This document shows positions 20,067 to 29,420 of a stretch of DNA of 64,000 bases, piece after piece; positions within the stretch are counted from its first letter, which is position 1, and the number at the start of each line of letters is the position of its first letter. The notes under the pieces are model-generated. The model did not search any database. It was not told the DNA's origin and saw only the letters and a list, made by a program, of their open reading frames with translations. A program made the translations under genes and the position numbers. Source of the stretch: an uncultured Verrucomicrobiota bacterium (GTDB lineage: Bacteria; Verrucomicrobiota; Kiritimatiellia; JAAZAB01); contig CAZVVD010000002.1 in assembly GCA_964630555.1 (NCBI GenBank), positions 1,334 through 65,333 of the forward strand. The letters run 5' to 3'.

Positions 20067-23000
20067 TTGGCTGGTCGTAAAATGAAAATGACCTCGGTAA
20101 AAATATGGTGTTGCGTGGCGGCGGTTGCCTTGGCCTTAAACGCGTTCACGACCGCTTTGGCGGGGTATGTATGGACCAACCTTAACTACGGTACAAGCGC
20201 GGACGTTGAGGCTCTCGCTCATGACGGGGCTACTCTATACGCAGGCGGTGAGTTCATGCACATCGACATACGGCCGTTGAATTATATAGCGAGATGGAAC
20301 GGCACGAGTTGGAACGGTCTCGGCACCGGTATGGACGGCTACGTATGGGCTTTGGTCCATGACGGAACTAGTTTGTACGCGGGTGGGAATTTCACGACAG
20401 CGGGCGGGGTGGCAGCGAATCGAGTGGCGAAGTGGAATGGCTTGAGCTGGACCAGCCTTGGCAGCGGCTTTGGCAACAGAGTCTTTGCCTTGGCACATAA
20501 CGGGACGAACCTGTACGCAGGCGGTTTATTCACGAACTCCGGCGGTATGGCGGCGAATTATGTGGCCGTGTGGAATGGCGCGAGTTGGACAAACCTTGGC
20601 ATTGGCATGAATGACCGAGTGCGTGCCTTAGCCCATGATGGGACGAACCTGTACGCGGGTGGGAATTTCACGACAGCAGGCGGGGTGGCGGCGAATTATA
20701 TCGCCATGTGGAATGGCGCGAGTTGGACCAATCTCGGAAGTGGTATGGATGGTCACGTTCTCGCTTTGGTCCATGACGGCAGGAGCCTGTATGCAGGAGG
20801 GGAGTTCAGGAACGCCGGCGGGGTAACTGTGAACTATGTGGCGAAGTGGAACGGACGGATTTGGACCATGTTTGGCAGCGGTATGGACGGTTCCGTACGC
20901 GCCTTGGACTACGACGGGACGAACCTGTACGCGGGTGGGAATTTCACGACAGCAGGCGGGGTGGCGGCGAATTATATCGCCATGTGGAATGGCGCGAGTT
21001 GGACCAATCTCGATAGCGGTATGAGCACCAACGTGTGCACCTTGACACATAACGGACTGAGTCTGTATGCGGGTGGTGAGTTCATGTTCGCCGGCGGGGT
21101 AAGGGTGTACTATGTGGCGATGAGATGTTTTACGAGTATAGCAGTATTGGGCACGAACATGGCGGAGATCGGCAATGGCGAAGCGGTGAGTGCGGCCAAA
21201 GGGACGGATTTCGGTTCCCTCGCATGGGGTGGCATTTTAAGCCATACTTTAACGATTACCAACGGTGGTGGCACCACCTTGGTAATCAGTGGAATCACGA
21301 CGAACGGGGCTGGTGCGTCGGCCTTCCGGATTGCAGGAATGCCGTCTTCCATTCCTCCCGGTCATGCCTCCAATTTTTCCGTTCAGTTCGCTCCTGCCAA
21401 CCCGGGGTTTTACACGGCAGCAGTGTTAATTGCCAATAGTTCTTTACCCTCACCGTATATCGTCAATCTGGCCGGCACGTACGCAAAGCAAAACCAGACG
21501 ATCACCAATTTTCCGAATCCGGGAAGCCAGTTAATAACCAATACAGTGCAGTTGTATGCCCAGGCCAGTTCAGGCTTGCCGATAAGCTTTATGAATTCAC
21601 CCGGCTGTCCGGTAATCTGGCAGAACGCGACCACGATCACGTTCTGCGCAACCGGCGTGGTCAACATCGTGGCTTCGCAGGCGGGTGACGCCAACTGGAA
21701 TGCCGCGCCAAATGTGACGCAGACGTTCAACGTGGTTAGTGGTTGGATCGAGGTGGATCTTGCGCTCAATGGGTATGTCTATGGGGTGACCAATACCGTG
21801 ATCCAGGGATATAACGCTACTCCACAGGTTTTCGTGGTCTATAATAGCGCCGGGCCCAATGCTATGTTTTACCAAGTCTCTGATGACATGCCATGGCTTA
21901 TGGAGAGTCCGGCGAGTGGATCAACCACAGGCGAAGTTGATACGATTGTCATGTCATATAGCGTAGCGGCGCTGAATGCAGGGACATATCACGCGGTGAT
22001 CACGGTGGTGGGCACTAACGAACTGGAGACGCTGACGACGACCAATACAGTGTCGGTGACGCTAGTGGTGCGGCCGTTGGCAAAGCTGGGGTGCGACGGA
22101 GTCGATCTTCAGTCGCAGTCCCGCCAGGGCCATTCGCCGGCGTCCGCAGTTTTCACGGTGTGGAATGCGAGCGAACCGGGAACCATCGCCTGGACGGCAG
22201 AGGCCGACTCCGACTGGCTGGCCGCCACGCCCGCCTCGGGAACGAGCGCGGGCGAACCGGACACGGTGACGCTGAATTTCGACACCTCCGCCCTGGGCAT
22301 GGGCCGCTACCGCGGGCACCTCACGCTGCGCGGGACCGACGCCCTGACCGGGACCGAGGCGCTGCAGTCGCCGAAAGCGCTGACGGTGGACTTGGCTGTC
22401 CTGGGGACGAAAGACCTGGACTTCCTGGGCGACGGCAACGTTTCGGACCTGGCGGTGTACCAGGAAAGCACGGGCAACTGGTACATCCAGCGGCTGTCCG
22501 ACCGGGCGCGCCTGGTGGAATGGATGGGCGGGCCCGGCTACCTGCCGGCTCCCGGCGATTATGACGGCGACGGGCGCGCGGACCTGGGGATCTACCGTCC
22601 GGAAAACGGGGCGGGCTATGCCCGGCGGATTGGCAGCGACTGGATCACCACCCTGGGCGCCTGGGGCAGCCTGGGGTGCCGGCCGGTGCCCGGCGATTAC
22701 GACGGCGATGGTCGCACCGATTTCATGATCTACCAGGAGTCGTCCGGCACGTGGTATCTCAGGCGTTCCTCGGACGAGGCGGTCGTATCCGGGCAATTCG
22801 GCGGCCCGGGTTTTTCTGCCCAGGCCGGCGATTTTGACGGGGACGGCGCTTCGGACGCCGCCATTTACGACGAGGCGAGCGGCCGCTGGTACATCATCAC
22901 CGTGGGCGGCGTGGTGATCGCCTGGGACCTGCTCTGGGGCGGCGTAGAATACACCCCGGTGACGGGCGACTTCGACGGCGACCGGCGGACTGACGTGGGG

Positions 23001-23243
23001 GCCTACCGCGAGGACACCGGGCTGTGGTTCATGGCGGACGCCGCCGGCAACACGATCGGGTGGTGGCTGTCGTGGGGCGCGCCCGGCCACCAGCCGGTGG
23101 CCAAGGATTACGACGGCGACGGTGTCGCGGACATGGCGGTTTACGAGACCATGACGGGGCGCTGGTATATCCGGACGGTTGCCGGCGCGGTCCTGGAATA
23201 CGGCCTGGTCTGGGGCGGGCCGGGTTTCACGCCCGCGCCGTAG
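20067..23243 (+). CDS. large secreted repeat protein: signal peptide, approximately 8 tandem approximately 46-aa beta-propeller-type repeats (WNGxSWxxLGxGxxxxVxALxxDGxxLYAGGxFTxAGG), Ig-like middle, five C-terminal FG-GAP-like repeats (GDYDGDGxxD...WY)
   Basis: Single continuous 1058-aa ORF. Repeats are visible at both protein and DNA level. GC is approximately 50% for 20067-22080 and rises to the approximately 65-68% genome background for the rest. Confidence 0.75.
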   Translation: MAGRKMKMTSVKIWCCVAAVALALNAFTTALAGYVWTNLNYGTSADVEALAHDGATLYAGGEFMHIDIRPLNYIARWNGTSWNGLGTGMDGYVWALVHDGTSLYAGGNFTTAGGVAANRVAKWNGLSWTSLGSGFGNRVFALAHNGTNLYAGGLFTNSGGMAANYVAVWNGASWTNLGIGMNDRVRALAHDGTNLYAGGNFTTAGGVAANYIAMWNGASWTNLGSGMDGHVLALVHDGRSLYAGGEFRNAGGVTVNYVAKWNGRIWTMFGSGMDGSVRALDYDGTNLYAGGNFTTAGGVAANYIAMWNGASWTNLDSGMSTNVCTLTHNGLSLYAGGEFMFAGGVRVYYVAMRCFTSIAVLGTNMAEIGNGEAVSAAKGTDFGSLAWGGILSHTLTITNGGGTTLVISGITTNGAGASAFRIAGMPSSIPPGHASNFSVQFAPANPGFYTAAVLIANSSLPSPYIVNLAGTYAKQNQTITNFPNPGSQLITNTVQLYAQASSGLPISFMNSPGCPVIWQNATTITFCATGVVNIVASQAGDANWNAAPNVTQTFNVVSGWIEVDLALNGYVYGVTNTVIQGYNATPQVFVVYNSAGPNAMFYQVSDDMPWLMESPASGSTTGEVDTIVMSYSVAALNAGTYHAVITVVGTNELETLTTTNTVSVTLVVRPLAKLGCDGVDLQSQSRQGHSPASAVFTVWNASEPGTIAWTAEADSDWLAATPASGTSAGEPDTVTLNFDTSALGMGRYRGHLTLRGTDALTGTEALQSPKALTVDLAVLGTKDLDFLGDGNVSDLAVYQESTGNWYIQRLSDRARLVEWMGGPGYLPAPGDYDGDGRADLGIYRPENGAGYARRIGSDWITTLGAWGSLGCRPVPGDYDGDGRTDFMIYQESSGTWYLRRSSDEAVVSGQFGGPGFSAQAGDFDGDGASDAAIYDEASGRWYIITVGGVVIAWDLLWGGVEYTPVTGDFDGDRRTDVGAYREDTGLWFMADAAGNTIGWWLSWGAPGHQPVAKDYDGDGVADMAVYETMTGRWYIRTVAGAVLEYGLVWGGPGFTPAP

Positions 23244-23323
23244 CGGCAACGCCGCCTGGCAAACGGGGATGCCCCGGGGGCCCCTCCGAGGAGAGGAGTC
23301 GGTTTGGGAAGGACATCACGCGC

Positions 23324-24370
23324 ATGAAAGCGGCGGTCATCAAGCAACCGGGCGTGATCGCGGTGGAAGACGTGCCGACGCCGGCGCCGGGTCCGGGAGA
23401 AGTCCTGCTCAAGGTCGAGGCCTGCGCCCTGTGCGGCACCGACCAGCGCGTCTTGAGCGGCGAGAAGCACGTGGACGTTCCCATCGTGGGCCACGAGATC
23501 GCCGGCACGGCCGCGGCCCTGGGCGCCCACGTGGCAGGCATCATCAAGGGCGCGCGTTACATCGTGCAGACCGTCATCGGCTGCGGCGCCTGCTGCATGT
23601 GCCGGCGACACCGCGAGAACCTCTGCGAGAAGGGGTTCATCGCCATGGGTTACCAGTTCAACGGCGGGTTCGCCGAGTACATCCTCATGCCCAGGGTGGC
23701 GGTGGCCCAGGGCTGTCTGATCCCGATCCCGGCCGATTTTCCGGCCGAAACCGGAACATTGATCGAGCCCCTGAGCTGCTGCGTCAACGGCATGAAGTAC
23801 ATCCCCATGGAGCAGACGGAGCATGTCGTGATCTTCGGGGGGGGCATCATCGGGGTGCTGAACGGGCTGGTGGCCCGCGCCCGCGGCGCCGGCAAGGTGA
23901 CGATCATGGACGTCTCCCAGCCGCGGCTGGACCTGCTGAAAAAGCTTGGATTGCCGTTCGATCACCTGGTGAACACCAGCCAGGTCAAGCCCGCGGACTG
24001 GGTCAAGGCCGCCACCGGCGGGCGGGGGGTGGACGCCGTGGTCGTGGCCGCCTCGGTGAAGGCGCTGGTCGCCCAGGGGATGGGCCTGCTGCGGCGGGCC
24101 GGGCACCTGTCCATTTTCGCCGGCATGCCGAAGTCCGATCCCCTGGAAGCCATCGACCTCAACCAGATCCATTACCGGGAATTGAACCTGCACGGGGCCA
24201 ACAGCTCGGCGCTGGCGGACTACCTTGCGGCCCGTGATTTCCTGGTGTCCGGAAAAATCGACGGGCGCCCCCTGGTGACGCACCGCTTCCCGCTGGACCG
24301 CTTCCATGAGGCCGTGAAGGTCCAGTCCGACCCCGCCCAGGGATCCCTGAAGGTCATCGTGATCCCGTGA
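23324..24370 (+). CDS. zinc-dependent alcohol dehydrogenase (MDR family, sorbitol/threonine DH-like)
   Basis: CxxC...GHE catalytic zinc motifs, structural zinc Cys cluster GCGACCMCRRHRENLC, GGGIIG Rossmann. Confidence 0.85.
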   Translation: MKAAVIKQPGVIAVEDVPTPAPGPGEVLLKVEACALCGTDQRVLSGEKHVDVPIVGHEIAGTAAALGAHVAGIIKGARYIVQTVIGCGACCMCRRHRENLCEKGFIAMGYQFNGGFAEYILMPRVAVAQGCLIPIPADFPAETGTLIEPLSCCVNGMKYIPMEQTEHVVIFGGGIIGVLNGLVARARGAGKVTIMDVSQPRLDLLKKLGLPFDHLVNTSQVKPADWVKAATGGRGVDAVVVAASVKALVAQGMGLLRRAGHLSIFAGMPKSDPLEAIDLNQIHYRELNLHGANSSALADYLAARDFLVSGKIDGRPLVTHRFPLDRFHEAVKVQSDPAQGSLKVIVIP

Positions 24371-24385
24371 CGTTGCCGCAGCAGT

Positions 24386-24414
24386 GGAAGCGGCGCCCTC
24401 GCCGCTTTTCTGTT
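24386..24414. terminator. hairpin GGAAGCGGCG-CCCT-CGCCGCTT followed by TTTCTGTTT
   Basis: Read directly, 14 nt after the ADH stop. Exact reverse complement of the hairpin at 941-964. Confidence 0.5.
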
Positions 24415-24617
24415 TACGCAGAAGCGGTCGTGCGGCCGGATCGGCCCGGTAGGCGCCGCGCTACGAGCGGCGCCCTGCAGGGCAGCCATATGCCGCAGCA
24501 TCATAGGGTAGGGTGCTTTCGTTGCCGCGCCCTGCGAAGCCCTGGGGGCCAGCAGGGAAGCGCCGCGGACGGCTCGGCGAGCCCTCCCTAGTGGGCGGCC
24601 ATGCGGCGCGGGTGCGA

Positions 24618-25847
24618 TTACTCCGGGCCTGATTTTGCCGCCGGGCGCGTGAGGCGCCAGGCCAGGGCCAGCCAGGCCAGCAGGGCGGCGGCGGCGATCG
24701 CCGGGTAAGCGGCGATCGGCATCATCCCGCAGCGGCCGGCGCCCGCCAGGACGGCCGAGGTTCCCCCCTTGGCCAGCCGGTAGCCGAAGGCGTCAATGAG
24801 CTCCTTGGACCGGTAGCGGGCGTCGAAGGAAAGGGGCACGTAGAGCAGCTCCTTGGCGGCGCGGAAGACCGAGTAGTCGAGTGCCTTGAACAGGTAATAC
24901 GCCAGGCCCGCGGTGAGCAGCGAAGGCGCCAGGATGGCGGCCAGGCAGGCGCCCAGGTGCGCCAGCGGGATCCCGAGATGCACCCGCCGCGGCGGCGCGC
25001 AATGCAGCAGCAGCGGGGTGGCGACAAACTGGAAAAGGGCGGCGCCCAGGTTGAGCCCGGCATAAAAGCCGCCAAACCACCGGGTGCGCGCATCCAGGTC
25101 CGGGATGGCCTGTTCCACGAACCGGCTGAGATTCAGGTCAAGCACGGTCGAGACGACCTGGGTGGCGGCGACCAGCAGCGCCAGGAGCAGCAGGGTGCGA
25201 TCGCGCAGCAGGAGCCGGCCGCCAAGGTGACCCTGGCGGCCGCCGGCCTCCCCGGGCGCGGGCAGCGGTTCGCCGCCGAGCCGGTAAGCGGCGGCGGCCA
25301 GCAACCCGGTTGGCGCGAGCAAGAGGGCGGCCAGCACCAGCAGGTTGGCGCTGCCGAGGGACGCCGCCAGGAGGTGCGCCAGCCAGGCGCCGCCGATGGC
25401 GCCGAGCGAGGCGATCCCGCAGATCGCCCCGTTGAGCTTGCGGCACTCGCCGGCGCGGAAAACGCTGTTGATGAACGACCAGATTTGCTCCACCATCAGG
25501 ACGATGTAGGCTTCCCGGAGGACATACAGGCAGCCGGTCGCCACCTTGGCGCCGGCCGCGATGGCCGCGTGGCAGGCCAGCAGGGCGGCGCCGGTGCAGA
25601 GGCAGGTCAGGAGCATGGCGCGCCGGGCGCCCGCCAGGGACAGCAGGCGGCCGTAGCCCCAGATCATCAGCAGGGTGCCGACCGGCGCCAGGGCCATGAC
25701 CCCCGGCAGGTTGTGCGCCCCGTAGGCCCCGATGAACAGCGATTGCGAAGCGCTGCGCACCAATTCATAGCCGCCCAGCAGGCCGCTGGCCGAAAGGGCG
25801 ATGGCCGCGGCCGCCAGGAGGCGGTGACGCTCAAGAAAGAGTTTCAT
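24618..25847 (-). CDS. MFS-type transporter (12-TM; possibly nucleotide/ATP:ADP antiporter-like)
   Basis: 409-aa ORF with 12 predicted hydrophobic segments; family assignment is tentative. Confidence 0.55.
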   Translation of the reverse strand: MKLFLERHRLLAAAAIALSASGLLGGYELVRSASQSLFIGAYGAHNLPGVMALAPVGTLLMIWGYGRLLSLAGARRAMLLTCLCTGAALLACHAAIAAGAKVATGCLYVLREAYIVLMVEQIWSFINSVFRAGECRKLNGAICGIASLGAIGGAWLAHLLAASLGSANLLVLAALLLAPTGLLAAAAYRLGGEPLPAPGEAGGRQGHLGGRLLLRDRTLLLLALLVAATQVVSTVLDLNLSRFVEQAIPDLDARTRWFGGFYAGLNLGAALFQFVATPLLLHCAPPRRVHLGIPLAHLGACLAAILAPSLLTAGLAYYLFKALDYSVFRAAKELLYVPLSFDARYRSKELIDAFGYRLAKGGTSAVLAGAGRCGMMPIAAYPAIAAAALLAWLALAWRLTRPAAKSGPE

Positions 25848-25933
25848 ATTATCCGGCCCATGTTTATAGTGCCTGCCGAGATGCCTGTCACGCAGGAAAC
25901 CGCTTGGGCAACTGGATCGTAGGAGGAGGGGTG

Positions 25934-27031
25934 ATGGTCAAGAAGAGCAAGGGCAGTGAAAAGCCTTGGACCATGGGGCGGCTGATGGACCTGGCCACCG
26001 CGTATTGGCGCTCGGCGACGCTGTCGGCGGCGGTGGAGCTGGATCTGTTCTCGGCGCTGGCGGGCCGGGGACTGACCGCGGCGGCGGCGGCGCGCCGGCT
26101 GGGCGCCTCGCGGCAGCGCGTTGAAGATCTGCTCCGCGCCCTGGCGGCGCTGGGCTTGGCGCGGAAGCGCGGGCCGCGTTTTGTGCCGGCGCCCGGAACT
26201 TCGCGCCTGCTGGACCGGTCCAGCCCGGAAAACATCCTCGATGCCCTGAAGTTCAACCTGGACCTCTACGCCCTCTGGGGCCGGCTGGCGTCCACGGTCA
26301 GGACCGGGGTGCCGGCCCTGCCGCCGGCGGCGCATCTCGGCCGGTCGGCGGAGCAGACCCGGCGCTTCGCCCTGGCCATGCATGCCCGCGCCCAGGCGCT
26401 GGCGCCGTCCATTTTCCCGGCCCTCGATCTGCGGGGCTGCCGGAGCCTGCTGGACCTGGCGTCCGGTCCCGGCACCTTCGGCTGCCTGCTGGCGGAAAAA
26501 CATCCCGCCCTGAAAGTCACTCTCTTCGACCTGCCGCCGATCCTCGAGGTGGCCAGGGAGCTGGCCGGCCGGACCGCGGCGGCGGACCGAATCGGGTTTC
26601 ACCCGGGCGATTATCGCGCCGATCCCCTGCCAGGTCCGTTTGACGCCGTGCTGTATTGCGGGGCCGCGCACCAGGAGACGCCGGCCGGCCTGCGCCGGCT
26701 TTTTTCCAAGATTCGCGGAGCCCTGCGGCCGGGCGGCCGGCTGTGGATCGTGGACATGATGCTGGCGCCGGGCGGGACCGCGCCGCTGTTTTCAACCCTG
26801 TTTTCGCTCAATATGGCCCTGATGAGCGCCCGGGGGCGGGTGCACGAAGGCGCGGAATTGGCGCGGATGCTGGTCCGATCCGGGTTGGTCAGCCCCGCTT
26901 GCATTCCGTTGCCGCCCGGCCCTTATTGGGTAGTCACCGCAGTCAAGCCGGCCGCGCCTGCGCGGGGCGGCCGACCTGGTTCCGGGGGCATCGGGATCCG
27001 GCCGCCCGGCCGAGGCGATCGGCCCGTTTGA
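25934..27031 (+). CDS. SAM-dependent O-methyltransferase (COMT/Methyltransf_2 family with dimerisation domain)
   Basis: RBS GGAGGAGG then ATG 25934; SAM-binding LDLASGPG motif and overall COMT-like layout. Confidence 0.75.
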   Translation: MVKKSKGSEKPWTMGRLMDLATAYWRSATLSAAVELDLFSALAGRGLTAAAAARRLGASRQRVEDLLRALAALGLARKRGPRFVPAPGTSRLLDRSSPENILDALKFNLDLYALWGRLASTVRTGVPALPPAAHLGRSAEQTRRFALAMHARAQALAPSIFPALDLRGCRSLLDLASGPGTFGCLLAEKHPALKVTLFDLPPILEVARELAGRTAAADRIGFHPGDYRADPLPGPFDAVLYCGAAHQETPAGLRRLFSKIRGALRPGGRLWIVDMMLAPGGTAPLFSTLFSLNMALMSARGRVHEGAELARMLVRSGLVSPACIPLPPGPYWVVTAVKPAAPARGGRPGSGGIGIRPPGRGDRPV

Positions 27032-27118
27032 GGCCAGGGTGTTTGCGGCCCCGGAATGAAGCAGCCCCTTTCCCCGGCTGCCCGCGCCGGAGCGGGCCGG
27101 TCGAATGCTGGCGGGGGA

Positions 27119-27919
27119 TCAGATTTTCACGCCCAGGCCCCCGAGAAGCTGCAGGTCGTTTTTCTTTTTATCCGGGGCGGGTTGGTTGTTGTATTGGTCC
27201 GTGAAGACCAGGCGGAGGTTGATGAGGTCGGTCATGGCGGATTCGGCGCCGATCTCGAAGTTGACGAAGTAATTGTCGAAATCCTCGAAGGCCGGTGAGA
27301 ATTCAACCGACTCCCAGAGCTTGGACTTGGCCAGCAGCTGGATTTCATAGCGTTGGGCTACGCGCAGGTTGAGGGTGTCTTCGGCATCTTGATCGGTCAT
27401 CACCTTGCGGACGTAGGCCAAGCCGGCGTCGGCGCTCAGGACCTGGCGGTCGCTTTTCAGAAAATAGCGTCCGACGCCGGGGCCGATGAGGGCGCGGTAG
27501 TCGATTCCCGCGATGTGATCGTGCATGATTTCGCCGTTGGCGTAGGCGTACTCGCGCTCATTGAGCAGGCGCTTGTAGTCGGCCGTGCCCGTGGCATTTT
27601 GCAGGGTCGTCTGCTCGGTGAGGTTCGAGCTGCCACTGTCCTTCGTTTCGCTTTCGCCGTAATTGCCGGCGATCTCCAGGCGGAACTCGTTGCGGCCCCG
27701 GTGGTATTCCGAGAGCAAGCCGCCGTTCAGCAGCAGGTTCTTGCTGTTGCCGCGGGCCAGGCTTAAGGCCGCGTTGAGGCCGGTCTCCCAGCCCTCCTTT
27801 TTGACCTTGGCTTTCGCCTCCTCCTGGGCGTTCGCCAGGGACGTTGTCAAGCAAGCCACGGCCGCCGCGAGCAGCAGCCGCGCGCCAAGAAGCGGAACGG
27901 ATGAAAGCGGGGTGTGCAT
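27119..27919 (-). CDS. DUF481 family outer-membrane beta-barrel protein (YdiY-like)
   Basis: Signal peptide MHTPLSSVPLLGARLLLAAAVA; alternating amphipathic beta strands; C-terminal aromatic residue. Confidence 0.7.
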   Translation of the reverse strand: MHTPLSSVPLLGARLLLAAAVACLTTSLANAQEEAKAKVKKEGWETGLNAALSLARGNSKNLLLNGGLLSEYHRGRNEFRLEIAGNYGESETKDSGSSNLTEQTTLQNATGTADYKRLLNEREYAYANGEIMHDHIAGIDYRALIGPGVGRYFLKSDRQVLSADAGLAYVRKVMTDQDAEDTLNLRVAQRYEIQLLAKSKLWESVEFSPAFEDFDNYFVNFEIGAESAMTDLINLRLVFTDQYNNQPAPDKKKNDLQLLGGLGVKI

Positions 27920-28145
27920 GGCGATCCTTTCTGTGATGGCGGCCTGGACAGTCGGGCTTGAATACCCGTTCGCCCGGCAAGGCGACCTGTCGCCTGCCGA
28001 CGCTTTGCGACATACCAGACTCCTGGCGAATGTCAAGCCGGTTGTCGGAAGACAATTTCCGTTGGCATCAGGGCGCGAGGTGACCGGCCGGGCGCCTGCG
28101 CGCCTGATCTCGCCGCCGGGGCAGCAGCAGGGGGTGGGCATGGCG

Positions 28146-29270
28146 TCAGCCGGGCCGTGGCGGAAGGTGGGAGTCCGTCATCAGCCAACGGCGTCGGCAG
28201 GCCTCGAAAACGGTGTCCGCGGTCAAGCCGGTCAGGCAGGGCCGCTCGGCGCAGGCGGCCGCGTTGCCGCTCCGGTCCACGCAGCCCGTGCAGTCCAGGC
28301 CCAGGCTGACAGGGGTGGTCCAGGCGGGGTGCGCGAAGCGGGCGGGGGAGGACGGACCGTAGAGGATCACCGCCGGCCGGCGGAGCGCGGCGGCGACGTG
28401 CGCATGCCCGCTGCAGGATCCCACCAGCAGGCGCGCCTTGGCGACCAGGGCGGCCATCTCCATGAAGGTGGTTTGCCCGGCCAGGTTGACGCAATGATCG
28501 AGGGCGCCGGCCAGGGCGCGATCGCGCTCCGATTGGCCGGCGATCACGACCGGGCAAGCCCCCAAGTCTTCTTTCAGCCGCCTGATCAAGGCCCGGTAAT
28601 AGGCGAGGGGCCATTCGCGGTGATGGACAGCGGTGAAAGGGGCCACGAGGGCCATATGCTCGGGGTCGCGGACGCGCTCCCGGATCAGGGTTTCAGCGCG
28701 CTGGAGTTCACCGGCTGAGAACGCGGGGATTGCCAGGTCACGGAGGTCGGCAATCGCGCCCAGATCGAGGCCTAGGGAGCGGCGGATGATTTCGGCCGCG
28801 GTTTCAGGCTGGTATCGGGATGTCTGATCCCAGCCGCGCATGTCCGTCCCGCAGGTCAGGTGGCGGGAGCGATGTCCATTGGCGCCCGCCCGCACGGGGA
28901 CCCGCGCGAGCCAGGCCAAGTTGGTGCTGCGCTGGCCCAGGTCGAGGCTGATGACGGCATCTTGCCGCCGCAGGATTTGGAAAAGCCGGTATCCGGCGCG
29001 CAGCCCCCGGCGATAACTCACGACCTCGTCGAACCATCCGTACCGCGCGCCGAAGTCCCGGCCCTGGGGATCCGTGAGCAGGGTCATGCGGGCAGCGGGA
29101 TACAGGCGGCGCAGAGCCCTGAAAACAGGAGATAAAAGGATCAAGTCGCCCAGGCCGCCCCGGGCGGACAGGAACAGCCGCGTGGCGCGCGGACACAATC
29201 CCTGCCCGGCCGGGATTCGCGTGCCCTGAGCCCGGTGTTGAGCCTGGACCTCCCTGGCGGGGCTGGGCAT
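28146..29270 (-). CDS. glycosyltransferase family 9 (LPS heptosyltransferase-like)
   Basis: GT9 fold: N-terminal GGLGDLILLSPVFRALRRLYP, C-terminal GxxSGxxHVAAAL motif. Confidence 0.75.
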   Translation of the reverse strand: MPSPAREVQAQHRAQGTRIPAGQGLCPRATRLFLSARGGLGDLILLSPVFRALRRLYPAARMTLLTDPQGRDFGARYGWFDEVVSYRRGLRAGYRLFQILRRQDAVISLDLGQRSTNLAWLARVPVRAGANGHRSRHLTCGTDMRGWDQTSRYQPETAAEIIRRSLGLDLGAIADLRDLAIPAFSAGELQRAETLIRERVRDPEHMALVAPFTAVHHREWPLAYYRALIRRLKEDLGACPVVIAGQSERDRALAGALDHCVNLAGQTTFMEMAALVAKARLLVGSCSGHAHVAAALRRPAVILYGPSSPARFAHPAWTTPVSLGLDCTGCVDRSGNAAACAERPCLTGLTADTVFEACRRRWLMTDSHLPPRPG

Positions 29271-29420
29271 TGGATCCCCTTCGAAAAGGGATAAAGGTTG
29301 AAGCGTGTGCGTTCGGCGCCTGCTGGCCTTGTTATCATCTTCCCCGCCTGGGGCGTCAAGCGGAAAAAGCCGGGAGAGAAGACGCTTGCCTCGACCTGGC
29401 CGAAAGTCCATAATGTATTC

